Made by a program: the position numbers and the translations under genes. Below, one piece after another: positions 49,653 to 59,457 of a DNA stretch of 64,000 nucleotides. Under the pieces are notes generated by a model. It had not been told where the DNA came from. It saw only the letters and a program-made list of their open reading frames with translations, and made no database searches. Origin of the DNA: an uncultured candidate division WWE3 bacterium (GTDB taxonomy: Bacteria; Patescibacteriota; WWE3; UBA101185; UBA10185); contig CAIRNR010000007.1 in NCBI GenBank assembly GCA_903879985.1, positions 216,079-280,078 of the forward strand. Reading direction: 5' to 3'. Position 1 is the first letter of the stretch, and each line of letters begins with the position of its first letter.

Positions 49653-50945
49653 TTACGGTTTTAGACGCTTCACATCTCGAGGCAGATAGGTTGCATCTTT
49701 AACACTTTCAAGTTCAAGCATACGCGTAATTATTCTACTTGGGCCCATTCCAATTCCTCCGTGAGGTGGACAGCCATATCTAAAGAAGTTTACGTAATCT
49801 TGAAGTGGTGCTAAATCCATTCCTTTTTCTGTTGCTTGTTTTTCCAATACTTCAACACGATGCTCTCGTTGCGCGCCAGTGGTTATTTCAACACCTTTGT
49901 ATATAAGGTCAAAACTCTTTGTAAATTCAGGTTTATCTTCATAGCGCATATGATAAAAAGGTCTTACAGAAATGTGATAATCGGTTATAAAAATAAAATC
50001 ACTTCCTGTTTCTTCCTTAATCATTTTACTGATTTCACGCTCTTCCTCTGGTGACATATCATAACGCTTTTCACTTTTAACACCGGCGGCTTTTAGTTTT
50101 TCCTTTACTTCTTCCATCGTCATTTTTGGAAATGGAATTGAAGGAACTTCTAAGTCAGGAAGTACTGTTTCTTTAAGGTGAGTAAATCCGGCAACAATTA
50201 ATTTTTCTTGTTCGGCCATAACTTCGTAGTGATCTTTAATGTAGGAAATTTCAAAATCCCAACCTGTAAACTCAGTTGTGTGTCTTGTTGTATATGATGG
50301 TTCGGCTCTAAATACCGGACCGGCCACAAATACTTTTTCAAATCCTGATGCCATGGCCATTTGTTTATAAAACTGAGGTGACTGTGAAAGATAAGCTTTT
50401 TGTTCAAAGTATTTAACTTCAAAAACTTCAGCACCGGTTTCACTTGGTGTACTCATAAATGAAGGTGCGTAAATTTGAATATAGTTGTTGGATGCAAAAT
50501 AATCTCGGAAACCGCGCTCAAGCTCGGTCCAAACTTTAAATATCTTTAGTTTGTTAGGTTTTCTAAGATCCAACCAGCGCCAGTCAAAACATTTAATAAG
50601 TTCGGTTTCGTCGCCACCTTTTTCCTCAACAACAGGAATAGGAAGTTCGGGTTCGGCTTTTGACAAAACTGTTAACTTTTTGGCTTGAACTTCGAGTCCG
50701 CCTGGAGCCTGCTTTTCTTCTTTAGCAAAGCCTTCAAGGGCAACAACACTTTCTAAAGTTAGATCTTTAATAATATCGAAAACTTCTTTTTCTGATTTTA
50801 GGATAACGATTTGGACTACGCCTGTAACGTCTCTAATATTTAAAAATTTGATTCCGCCCTGGTCGCGGATTGCCTGGATAAATCCTTCAATCAAGATATC
50901 TTGACCGATTGTTTCTTTTAGATCTTTTATATATGTTCTTGCCAT
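49653..50945 (-). CDS. aspS: Aspartyl-tRNA synthetase, short archaeal/non-discriminating type
   Basis: OB fold, YLSQSPQFYKQ, VFRAE, GAQREH, GCPPHGG; no GAD insert. Confidence 0.9.
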   Translation of the reverse strand: MARTYIKDLKETIGQDILIEGFIQAIRDQGGIKFLNIRDVTGVVQIVILKSEKEVFDIIKDLTLESVVALEGFAKEEKQAPGGLEVQAKKLTVLSKAEPELPIPVVEEKGGDETELIKCFDWRWLDLRKPNKLKIFKVWTELERGFRDYFASNNYIQIYAPSFMSTPSETGAEVFEVKYFEQKAYLSQSPQFYKQMAMASGFEKVFVAGPVFRAEPSYTTRHTTEFTGWDFEISYIKDHYEVMAEQEKLIVAGFTHLKETVLPDLEVPSIPFPKMTMEEVKEKLKAAGVKSEKRYDMSPEEEREISKMIKEETGSDFIFITDYHISVRPFYHMRYEDKPEFTKSFDLIYKGVEITTGAQREHRVEVLEKQATEKGMDLAPLQDYVNFFRYGCPPHGGIGMGPSRIITRMLELESVKDATYLPRDVKRLKP

Positions 50946-50990
50946 AACCTTCATTATATTAGATAAGTCAAAAAAAGCTATATCTTGGGC

Positions 50991-52631
50991 TTAAACCGAA
51001 CGCTTGAAGTCTTTTAGCATTAAATCGATAGATTCATTACCGTTGTAGTTATTGCGCTTAATAGTGTAAACAACGTCCAGTTTATCTCCCATGGCCAAAT
51101 CTTTTACCAATTCGGCACCGCTAAACAATATAGCTTTGTAATATTTGTTCTGCTTATAAAGTTTTAAACTCACGTGCTGTTTCTCTTTTCCCATGAGAGT
51201 GATATCCATTAAACCAACGTTATCGCTCATAAAAACAGGTTCTTCATTGCCAAGACCAAATGGTTTTAACTTATCTATAGAATTTAATAGTTCCATATCA
51301 ATTAAATTTATTGGAATCTTTATATCAACGTTAAGTGATTCACAAAGTAAGTCGTCGGATATTTCGGTTTGAGCTAACGCCAACAACTTTTCTTCAAGGA
51401 CTGGAATATTTTCTTTTTTAATCGTAAAACCTGCGGCCATTGGGTGCCCACCTAAGCTATCAAATAAATTTTCAAAGTTTCTGAGTAATGAGATTATGTT
51501 TACTCCCCTAACCGAACGAACGGAGCCTTTTCCGTAACCATCATTTAAACTTATAACAATACTTGGTCTAAAAAATTTTTGTACAAGTTTTGCTGCAACC
51601 AAACCGCTTATTCCTTCGTGGTAATTTTCGCTGGCTGAAATAATTATTTTTGGAAGATTATCGGGATCAACTCCAGATGCAAACGCGTACATTTCTAAAG
51701 TTTTGTCCTGACGAGTAACATTTACATCATTTAGTTTGTGAGCTATTTCTGCAACTTTTTCAGCATTTTTTTCAACCAATAACTTAAGTGATTCCGAAGC
51801 ATCAATAAGTCGTCCGGTTGCATTTAATCTTGGACCAATCACCCAACCTAAATCATAAGTTGTAACCTCGCCTGAACGTCGAGCTGATACGTCTAAAAGT
51901 TTTGCTAAACCAATTGGTGGATCAGAATTTATTACTTCAAGTCCCCGTTTAACCAAACTTCTATTAAAATCTAAAACAGGTTGAAGATCTGTTATTGTTG
52001 CCAGAGCGGCTAAGGCAATAGACTTAACATCTTTTGAACCGAGCGCTCTTCCAAAAACCCAAGCGATACCTGCACCAACAAGCTTGTCCGACCAAATAAT
52101 AACGTCGGCAGTGGGCAAAGGTTCGGGTGGTTGGTGGTGATCTGTAATGATAACCTTGTGTCCTAAACTTTTAATATAATCAACTTCAACGTTTGCGGTA
52201 ATTCCGCTATCAACTGTTATAAATAAAACTTCATCAATGTTAACTCCGGCAGCAGTTACTTGTTCCAAAACTGTATCAACTGATTTTTTTGAAACACCAT
52301 AGCCGTGCTCAAATCTATTTGGAATAAAACTAAAGACCTTATCGTAACCAAATTCAGTTTTTAAAATGTTATACAAAATTGCGGTTGAACAGATTCCATC
52401 GGCATCGTAGTCGCCGTGAATTATAATTGCTTTATTTTCGGCGATAAATTTGTGAACTAATTGGGCGCCGTTCTTCAGCGATTCTTTAAATTCTGTTGAA
52501 AAACTTTTAAATGCCTCGTTTATGGCCGGGGGGTTTAAAAAAGTTTCAACATCGGTGACACCACGGTTTAAGATGAGTTGATTTACAATATCGCCTTCTT
52601 TATATTCGGATAAAATATTCCACTTTTTCAT
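50991..52631 (-). CDS. recJ: ssDNA exonuclease RecJ
   Basis: GDYDADG, TVDSG, TDHH, PRLNATGR, GGHPMAAG. Confidence 0.97.
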   Translation of the reverse strand: MKKWNILSEYKEGDIVNQLILNRGVTDVETFLNPPAINEAFKSFSTEFKESLKNGAQLVHKFIAENKAIIIHGDYDADGICSTAILYNILKTEFGYDKVFSFIPNRFEHGYGVSKKSVDTVLEQVTAAGVNIDEVLFITVDSGITANVEVDYIKSLGHKVIITDHHQPPEPLPTADVIIWSDKLVGAGIAWVFGRALGSKDVKSIALAALATITDLQPVLDFNRSLVKRGLEVINSDPPIGLAKLLDVSARRSGEVTTYDLGWVIGPRLNATGRLIDASESLKLLVEKNAEKVAEIAHKLNDVNVTRQDKTLEMYAFASGVDPDNLPKIIISASENYHEGISGLVAAKLVQKFFRPSIVISLNDGYGKGSVRSVRGVNIISLLRNFENLFDSLGGHPMAAGFTIKKENIPVLEEKLLALAQTEISDDLLCESLNVDIKIPINLIDMELLNSIDKLKPFGLGNEEPVFMSDNVGLMDITLMGKEKQHVSLKLYKQNKYYKAILFSGAELVKDLAMGDKLDVVYTIKRNNYNGNESIDLMLKDFKRSV

Positions 52632-52668
52632 TGCTTAAATATATTACACCAACTTACGCGACAGTCAC

Positions 52669-53571
52669 TCAAAGCTTTTTGTGTCTTTTACTTTCCCACT
52701 CTTCCCAGATAACTAGAATTGGTGAAGCGGTAAAAATAGAAGAATATGTTCCTGAAGCAACTCCAACTAACATTGCGAGTACAAATGTTTTAATTGTTTC
52801 ACCACCTAATATAAATAAGGCAAACAATGTTATAAGAACGGTTAAAGATGTTGCAAGAGATCTGCTTAATGTTTCAACAACTGAGTAGTTAACGATATCT
52901 GAAAAATTCATAGCTTTTGAAAGTTTTCCAAGATTCTCGCGAATTCGGTCGAACACAACAATGGTGTCGTGTACTGAAAATCCGATAACAGTTAGAACAG
53001 CAGTAATAAATAATGAATCAACTTCCACGTGACCAAAATGTCCCAATATAGAAAATAAACCTAATACCATAAGAGCGTCATGGAACATCGCCAAAATTGC
53101 ACTTATACCAAATCTAAAACTTGAATATGGTTTTGGAATATTTCTAAACGCATATGCAATATATAAAAGTATTCCAACCATAGCCCAGATTAGTGCTACA
53201 AATGCTTTTTTAGTTGTTTCACCGCCAATTGCTGGACCAACAGTTTCAAACGAAACTTCCTGCGCGTCTGCGTATTTTTGAGCCACACCAGCTTTTATAT
53301 CTGTGTTTCTATTTGGGTTTACTTCACGAGTTCGGACTACGTAAATATCACTCTCTTTGCTTATAGATTCAACAAAAACGTTTTGAGCAGTAAAGGTATT
53401 TTTAAGTTCGTTTTGGTCAACAACTTGGTTAAATTTATATTTAAAAACAGAACCACCCGTAAAATCAATGGATAAATCAAGTTTGAAAACAAATAAAGAA
53501 ATTATTCCCGGTACCAAAAGTACTGCAGAAAATATTATGTATAACCATTTGTATTTAATTATTTGAATCAT
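52669..53571 (-). CDS. secF: Protein translocase subunit SecF
   Basis: IDFTGG, VGPAIG, GFSVHDTIVVFDRIREN, GTYSSIF. Confidence 0.97.
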   Translation of the reverse strand: MIQIIKYKWLYIIFSAVLLVPGIISLFVFKLDLSIDFTGGSVFKYKFNQVVDQNELKNTFTAQNVFVESISKESDIYVVRTREVNPNRNTDIKAGVAQKYADAQEVSFETVGPAIGGETTKKAFVALIWAMVGILLYIAYAFRNIPKPYSSFRFGISAILAMFHDALMVLGLFSILGHFGHVEVDSLFITAVLTVIGFSVHDTIVVFDRIRENLGKLSKAMNFSDIVNYSVVETLSRSLATSLTVLITLFALFILGGETIKTFVLAMLVGVASGTYSSIFTASPILVIWEEWESKRHKKL

Positions 53572-54968
53572 TTAGCTACCGCTTTCCTTTCGGCTTTTGT
53601 GTGACCAACTTTGAATAAATGAATAAATGTTCTTACAACAAAAAGAGATGTGAACAATGAAACAATAACTCCCAAGGCCAATGTTAAGGCAAATCCTTTA
53701 ACCGGACCGGAACCAAACTGGAACAAAATAAATGAGGTAATAAGTGATGAGATGTTTGAATCTCTAATGGAATTCCAAGCGCGATCAAAACCTAAGTTGA
53801 TAGCGATATTGCTTGGTTTGCCCCACAAGACTTCTTCTTTTATTCGTTCGAAGATTAAAATATTTGCGTCCGTGGCCATTCCGATAGAAAGAATAAATCC
53901 TGCGATACCTGGTAATGTTAAAACAACAGGAATTAATTTGAAAATTGCTAAAACAATTAATGAATAAATAATTAAGGCAACACCTGCAAGTGCTCCCAAT
54001 TTTCCGTATCTAAAGATTAAGAATACAAAAACCAACAACAATCCAACGGCCGCAGCGTAAAAACTTTTGTGAATAGAATCAGCTCCCAAGGTTGCTCCAA
54101 TGGTTTCTTGCTGCAAGATTTTTACTGGAACGGGTAAAGCACCGGCGCGTAACTGAATACTTAAGTTCTTAGCGGTATTAAAATCAAAGTTACCACTAAT
54201 AACAGGATCGTTTGTTAAACCTTTTGCCAAATCTGGACTTACAACAGGCATTGAAAGTGGTGCTGCGTTTTGATCTAAAAATATTCCGATTGGCTTATCA
54301 ACATTAGCTTTTGCTAAATCAGAAAACTTTTGGCGTCCTTCATCGGTAAATTGTAATTGGATTTGTGGCTGATTTTGTTGTTGTAAAGTCCCCTGTTGAT
54401 TAACTACAACGGTTGCACCTTTCATATCAGCACCGGTAATTCCGGTATCTTGCCAAACATTTGGATTCAAATAATATTGTGAAAATTTATCTTGTGACCA
54501 AGGATATTCAGGTTTTAAGACTTTAAATGTTAATTGCGCTGTTTGGCCAATTAAATTAACAGCCTGTGTAATATCGTCTAATCCTGGTATTTCTACATCG
54601 ATTCGGTAATTATCATTTACTTTGGAGGTTGTAATGTTAGGTTCGGATACACCCAACAAGTTAACACGACGAGAAATAACTTCCTTTGCAGATTCCAAAG
54701 CGTTTGTTCTATTAGCCGCGTCAATTTTAGACATGTCTGCTTCTAAAACAATTCTGATTCCTCCGTTTAAGTCCAAACCTTTTTTGAAATCTCGTAAATC
54801 TTTTTGGATTTTTCCTCCGAACCAATCAATGTTATATCCACCAAGAGTTGTATCAAGTTGGAGAAGCTGATTGTCCATTTGTAGTTTAACTGGAGGTAAA
54901 ACAATAAGGAGTGCCACAATGGTTATTACTGCTATTAATCCTAATCGAGTTGATAGACGCTTGAACAT
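53568..54968 (-). CDS. secD: Protein translocase subunit SecD
   Basis: GLDLNGG, LRAGALP, GMATDANILIFERIKEE. Confidence 0.97.
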   Translation of the reverse strand: MFKRLSTRLGLIAVITIVALLIVLPPVKLQMDNQLLQLDTTLGGYNIDWFGGKIQKDLRDFKKGLDLNGGIRIVLEADMSKIDAANRTNALESAKEVISRRVNLLGVSEPNITTSKVNDNYRIDVEIPGLDDITQAVNLIGQTAQLTFKVLKPEYPWSQDKFSQYYLNPNVWQDTGITGADMKGATVVVNQQGTLQQQNQPQIQLQFTDEGRQKFSDLAKANVDKPIGIFLDQNAAPLSMPVVSPDLAKGLTNDPVISGNFDFNTAKNLSIQLRAGALPVPVKILQQETIGATLGADSIHKSFYAAAVGLLLVFVFLIFRYGKLGALAGVALIIYSLIVLAIFKLIPVVLTLPGIAGFILSIGMATDANILIFERIKEEVLWGKPSNIAINLGFDRAWNSIRDSNISSLITSFILFQFGSGPVKGFALTLALGVIVSLFTSLFVVRTFIHLFKVGHTKAERKAVAK

Positions 54969-54994
54969 ACGCAATATTATCTCACAAATCTTTC

Positions 54995-55585
54995 TTAAAT
55001 TGCAGTCATTACTGAACCGAACTTTTCTTCATCACCAATTAACATTGTTCTTGCTTGAGATAACACCTTTAAAATGAATTGATCGTTGGTGCGTTTTCGA
55101 TAATTAAACTGTTCCGGATCCATAACCGAAAAGTTTACTTCACGTGCACTTTTTGATTCAAACTCTTTAACTAATTTTTCCAAAACATCAACTTTTATTT
55201 CACCAACAATAAATAAATCTACATCTAATGCTGTTGACTGACGACCTCGTAAAAATGCTTTAGACAATGTTGCGTACTCAACGTTTCCCAAAGATTTTTT
55301 AGCGTCAATAATATTTGCACCTAAACCTTCTTCTTTTGAAAATAGTGAAATTAAATCTGAAAAATAGGGGTGCTCAACATCAACTCGATAATAAATTCTG
55401 TTTGAGCTTTGTCTCTTAGTTAAAAGTTTTATTTCGTTTAAATTCTCAAGCTCTCGTCTGACAGCATTTATTTCAGCGTCAACTGCACGCACAACTGCAC
55501 GCACATGGAACTGTTTGTCAGAGTTCAACAAGAACAGTTTTAAAACTTTTACTCTTACATCAGATACAAATAAATTTTTTAACAT
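54995..55585 (-). CDS. Winged-HTH fused to nucleotidyltransferase-like domain
   Basis: wHTH (VRAVVRAVDAEINAVRRELENL..IYYRV), then DVDLFIVG and EVNFSVM..EQF. Confidence 0.7.
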   Translation of the reverse strand: MLKNLFVSDVRVKVLKLFLLNSDKQFHVRAVVRAVDAEINAVRRELENLNEIKLLTKRQSSNRIYYRVDVEHPYFSDLISLFSKEEGLGANIIDAKKSLGNVEYATLSKAFLRGRQSTALDVDLFIVGEIKVDVLEKLVKEFESKSAREVNFSVMDPEQFNYRKRTNDQFILKVLSQARTMLIGDEEKFGSVMTAI

Positions 55586-55633
55586 TTTTTAAGTCCACCT
55601 GGGGCGGTAACTTATATTAGTGGCTCTCCTAAT

Positions 55634-56836
55634 TTAATCGTACACAACTTGCTTAACATTTCGATCTGGCACAATACTAATCCAAAACTTTCCGCGATTA
55701 AACTCTATTTCGTTACCATTCATATCGTAAAACATTGCACGTGCATCTCTGCTGGCCTTACTCCATGTAGCCTTAACAACATGTCCGTCAATAAAAACCA
55801 AAGCTTCCCCACTACCAACCAATTGATAATCCAAACGATTTTTCTCATCACCGGGTATAGAAGTTTCAGTTGCAAATTCAACGATTAAATTTTGAACGGC
55901 AACCTGTTGCTTTGTTTCACGATCAAGTAACGCAATTGGTTTATCGTTGGCATCAACACCTGAAAATCTTAAATAAGAATTTGTTGATGAATCATACTTG
56001 AAATAAGCAGTGTAATCTCCGTGTGTCCAGAAATCAATTGTAACTTCGCTGGCAGCAGGAGATGTGGAATATTTTGCGGGATCATCCTTAAATTTCCAAG
56101 GTGTAAATGAATGTAAACCATCCCATCCTAAACTACTTCCCAAAGTTCGCAAATCTTTTCCATTAACATAAGCTGTATGTTCTATTGCAACATTTAAAGT
56201 TTCATCTCGCCAAAACGTTGCACCACCACGTGCTAAACTTCGCACAGGCCATTGCTCTATATCAAGTAAAGCCTGAGGCGAATATCCAATATGCATAACC
56301 ATGGCGTCACCCATTTCTTTTACCAAAACCAAAAAGTACTCGCGAATACTTCTGACAGGACCAATCTTTTCGGGAGTGTTTGTGTCGAAGAATGCCAAAA
56401 ACCTTGTAATTCCGCCCTCTGCTATTACTTCGTAAACAACGTCAGCATAAATCAATCCAGATTGTGGCCTGGCATCAACATGATTATTTACCATAACACC
56501 AAGAGGTCTATTATTTACCCAAGCTGCAGCATTTTCAGGAAACAGCATACCGGTTAAAGGATTCATAATTTTTGTGGCATCCACGGGTGCTGAACCACCT
56601 GCAATAGCGTTCTTATTTTTATTTTGTGAAAGAGGACTTAGAATTTGAAAAGAAGATTGGCGTAATACAAAAAACCAAACGCCTAAACCTATTGCCAGCA
56701 CAACAACAATACCTAATACAATCCAGATACCTTTACTATTCGAATTCTTTGGAGAATCGGAGTTTGACATGCCATTAGGGTAGAAACTTCCCAGACTTCC
56801 AATGGACCCATTATTTGAGTTCTGAGGGAATTCCAT
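55634..56836 (-). CDS. DUF3048 (YerB-like) membrane-anchored protein
   Basis: RPLGVMVNN..ARPQSGL..AD.VYE..AEGGITRF, IGPVRS.R. Confidence 0.88.
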   Translation of the reverse strand: MEFPQNSNNGSIGSLGSFYPNGMSNSDSPKNSNSKGIWIVLGIVVVLAIGLGVWFFVLRQSSFQILSPLSQNKNKNAIAGGSAPVDATKIMNPLTGMLFPENAAAWVNNRPLGVMVNNHVDARPQSGLIYADVVYEVIAEGGITRFLAFFDTNTPEKIGPVRSIREYFLVLVKEMGDAMVMHIGYSPQALLDIEQWPVRSLARGGATFWRDETLNVAIEHTAYVNGKDLRTLGSSLGWDGLHSFTPWKFKDDPAKYSTSPAASEVTIDFWTHGDYTAYFKYDSSTNSYLRFSGVDANDKPIALLDRETKQQVAVQNLIVEFATETSIPGDEKNRLDYQLVGSGEALVFIDGHVVKATWSKASRDARAMFYDMNGNEIEFNRGKFWISIVPDRNVKQVVYD

Positions 56837-56882
56837 ACCTATTATTATATATTGAGTACATTTTTTGTCTAGTTGTTATGGG

Positions 56883-58691
56883 CTAGATCTTGTTTAATTT
56901 TTTTGCTAATGCCCACGTTTCATCAAGAAGTGCGGATATTTCATTTAAACCTTTGTCCCAAAAACTTTTGTCGGCAATATCAATTCCCATTTTTAAAAAA
57001 GTAGCGCGCGGAGATTCTGAAGTACCGGCACTTAAAAATTCTTTAACCTTTTCTATATCTTTTGGATTTTGTCTCACCATATTTTGCAAAGATTTTGATA
57101 TCAGTAAACCGCTTGCATAAGAATACACATAAAAAAATCTTCTAATATGCATCCAATAAACCCACCAATTTTCACACCCTGTAGTTTGCTCAACAAAATC
57201 TCCCATGTACGCATGCATATGTTTTGAAAATAATGCGCCAATTTCTTCTTTTGACAGATATCCTTTTTCTCGGTAAGCCGTATGCAAAGCTTGCTCAAAT
57301 TTATAGCAGGCAACCTGTCGAACAATTGAAGAAATATCGTCGTTTATTTTTAACATGTTCAAATTCAACCGTGTTTCCTCAGACATTTCTTTTGAAAGTT
57401 CCATCAAGGAGAAGTCTTCCATAAATGTACTTGCGACTTCTGCTGTAGCAACAGAAGTTCCGCAGTTTAACGAATTTTGCTTAGTTTTTATTAAGGTATC
57501 GTTTATCGCATGACCCATTTCATGAGCGAGCGTGGTTACATCTTGAATCCGACCTGTGTAATTTAGCAAAACAAAAGTTGGAAGTGCTTTTGCAACGTCC
57601 ACACAAAAACCACCATTTTCTTTTCCTTTATTTGGATATACATCTATCCTTCCTTCTTTTAAAAATGTTTCGAAAATATCTAAAAAGGAAGTGTCTAGTT
57701 TTTTAAAAGAATCTGAAACTATTTCCAAACCCTTTTCAAACGGAATTGTTTCTGAATTATCACCAATCTCAACATTGCGTTCGTGATACTCTAATTTCTC
57801 TTGACCTAAAAATTTAGCTTTTAATTCGTAAAACCTTGCAGAAATGTCATAACTCTTTTCAACGCTTTCCAATAACGCATCCACAACTTCGGGTTCAATA
57901 TCATCTCCGAGTAAAGTTAAAAAATCTGGACGTGTAATTTTTCTTAAATCGTCTACGGTTTTATGTACTTCCAAAACAGAGTTAAGTTCTCGTTCGGCAA
58001 CATCCACATACTTTTGAAGAATCACGTTAAAGGCACTTGCGGCCGAATCTCTAACCTGTTTGTTTTTATTCGACATCAACGAGCTAAGTTCAGAAAATAC
58101 TTTTTTTGTTTCCTTGCCATCTTCATCTAAAACAACAGCCTCTTCTCTGCTTAAAAACTCCTCAGTCATTTCTACCCAGTTTGAATAAGCGGGCTTCATC
58201 ATTAAATTAAGTATCTTCTCTTCTTCCTCGGACAAAAGGTATTTCGCGTCCTTAAATGAGGATTCCAGTAAGTGTTTATAAGAAACTAATTCTGGTGAAT
58301 TTAAAAATAAATCCTGTTTATCAACCGCAATCTTGGAAATCCTATGCATAAAAAAACTTAAATCGTTTGCCTGTTTTACCCCAAATTCATCCATTTTGTT
58401 TGCCAAAGCCTTTAAATCTGTGGCTTCCTGGTCTAAAGCACGTCTTAACCAAAAGTAATAACCAACCTTACCTCCGGTAACTCCCTCTGATTCCATAACC
58501 TCAAACTCGTCCAAAGCCTCCTTTAATACCGCTGGATCCTCTAAATAGTCGGTTCTATCCTTCCATTTAGCCACAAAAGCCTTATTTCTATTAGCAATAG
58601 CTTCCTTGGTTTGCTCTATTATAGGGTCGTTATCCCCGCTTAACAGTCCGGAAAGGTCCCACGAGGTTTTTATATTTGCCTTATCTAACAT
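56883..58691 (-). CDS. pepF: Oligoendopeptidase F (M3B)
   Basis: WDLS N-terminus, TLAHEMGH, AEVASTFME, FYVYSYASG. Confidence 0.92.
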   Translation of the reverse strand: MLDKANIKTSWDLSGLLSGDNDPIIEQTKEAIANRNKAFVAKWKDRTDYLEDPAVLKEALDEFEVMESEGVTGGKVGYYFWLRRALDQEATDLKALANKMDEFGVKQANDLSFFMHRISKIAVDKQDLFLNSPELVSYKHLLESSFKDAKYLLSEEEEKILNLMMKPAYSNWVEMTEEFLSREEAVVLDEDGKETKKVFSELSSLMSNKNKQVRDSAASAFNVILQKYVDVAERELNSVLEVHKTVDDLRKITRPDFLTLLGDDIEPEVVDALLESVEKSYDISARFYELKAKFLGQEKLEYHERNVEIGDNSETIPFEKGLEIVSDSFKKLDTSFLDIFETFLKEGRIDVYPNKGKENGGFCVDVAKALPTFVLLNYTGRIQDVTTLAHEMGHAINDTLIKTKQNSLNCGTSVATAEVASTFMEDFSLMELSKEMSEETRLNLNMLKINDDISSIVRQVACYKFEQALHTAYREKGYLSKEEIGALFSKHMHAYMGDFVEQTTGCENWWVYWMHIRRFFYVYSYASGLLISKSLQNMVRQNPKDIEKVKEFLSAGTSESPRATFLKMGIDIADKSFWDKGLNEISALLDETWALAKKLNKI

Positions 58692-58843
58692 CTGAATATT
58701 GTAGCATGCGTAATCTGGCTGGAACTAGGGTAAATGCTGTGAGATTTCTGAATATACGTTGATATAACAGTACTTATACTAATGTCCGCAATTTGACACT
58801 ACCTTGCTATTATGATAAATATAAAGGCGTCAGTATTTGTAAT

Positions 58844-58875
58844 TCCCTATATATTTGTATAGGGATATTTTCTTT
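58844..58875 (+). terminator. Terminator-like hairpin in greA leader
   Basis: TCCCTATA-TATTTG-TATAGGGA followed by TATTTTCTTT, downstream of TTGACA at 58793. Confidence 0.6.
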
Positions 58876-58963
58876 CAGAGGAACAGGAAACCTAATTTCT
58901 CAATCAATATCGTGGCGTTGCCCGTGGATTAAGTGATTATCGTTTTCTATTAATAGTAAAAAT

Positions 58964-59434
58964 ATGGATAAAGTAAATACTTTATATATAACAAAAGAAG
59001 GTTTAGAAAAGCTCAGAAGTGAGTTAAATGACCTAAATGTCGTAAGAAGACCTGAAATTGCTCAAAGAATTAAGGACGCTAGAGAAATGGGCGATATCTC
59101 CGAAAACTCCGAATACGATTCTGCAAAACAAGAACAATCTTACATTGAAGGTAGAATTGCCGAACTTGAAGAAGTTATTAAAACCGCTAAAGTCACAGAA
59201 GGTAATGGAAACAAAGAATTAGTGGGAATTGGCTGTAGAGTTACAGTTCACATTGATAATACAGTTGAAACATTTCATATAGTTGGTGCTCCAGAAGCCA
59301 ATCCTTTACAAATGAAGATCTCTCATGAATCACCTTTAGGTTCCGCACTTGTCGGAAAAAAACTCGGTGACAAAATTGAGGTTGATGCTCCAGTTGGAAA
59401 ATTAATATACACAATCCAAAAGATTGAATATTAA
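58964..59434 (+). CDS. greA: Transcription elongation factor GreA
   Basis: AREMGDISENSEY, ISHESPLGSAL. Confidence 0.97.
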   Translation: MDKVNTLYITKEGLEKLRSELNDLNVVRRPEIAQRIKDAREMGDISENSEYDSAKQEQSYIEGRIAELEEVIKTAKVTEGNGNKELVGIGCRVTVHIDNTVETFHIVGAPEANPLQMKISHESPLGSALVGKKLGDKIEVDAPVGKLIYTIQKIEY

Positions 59435-59457
59435 TACCAATAAAGTAAAATAGCTTC

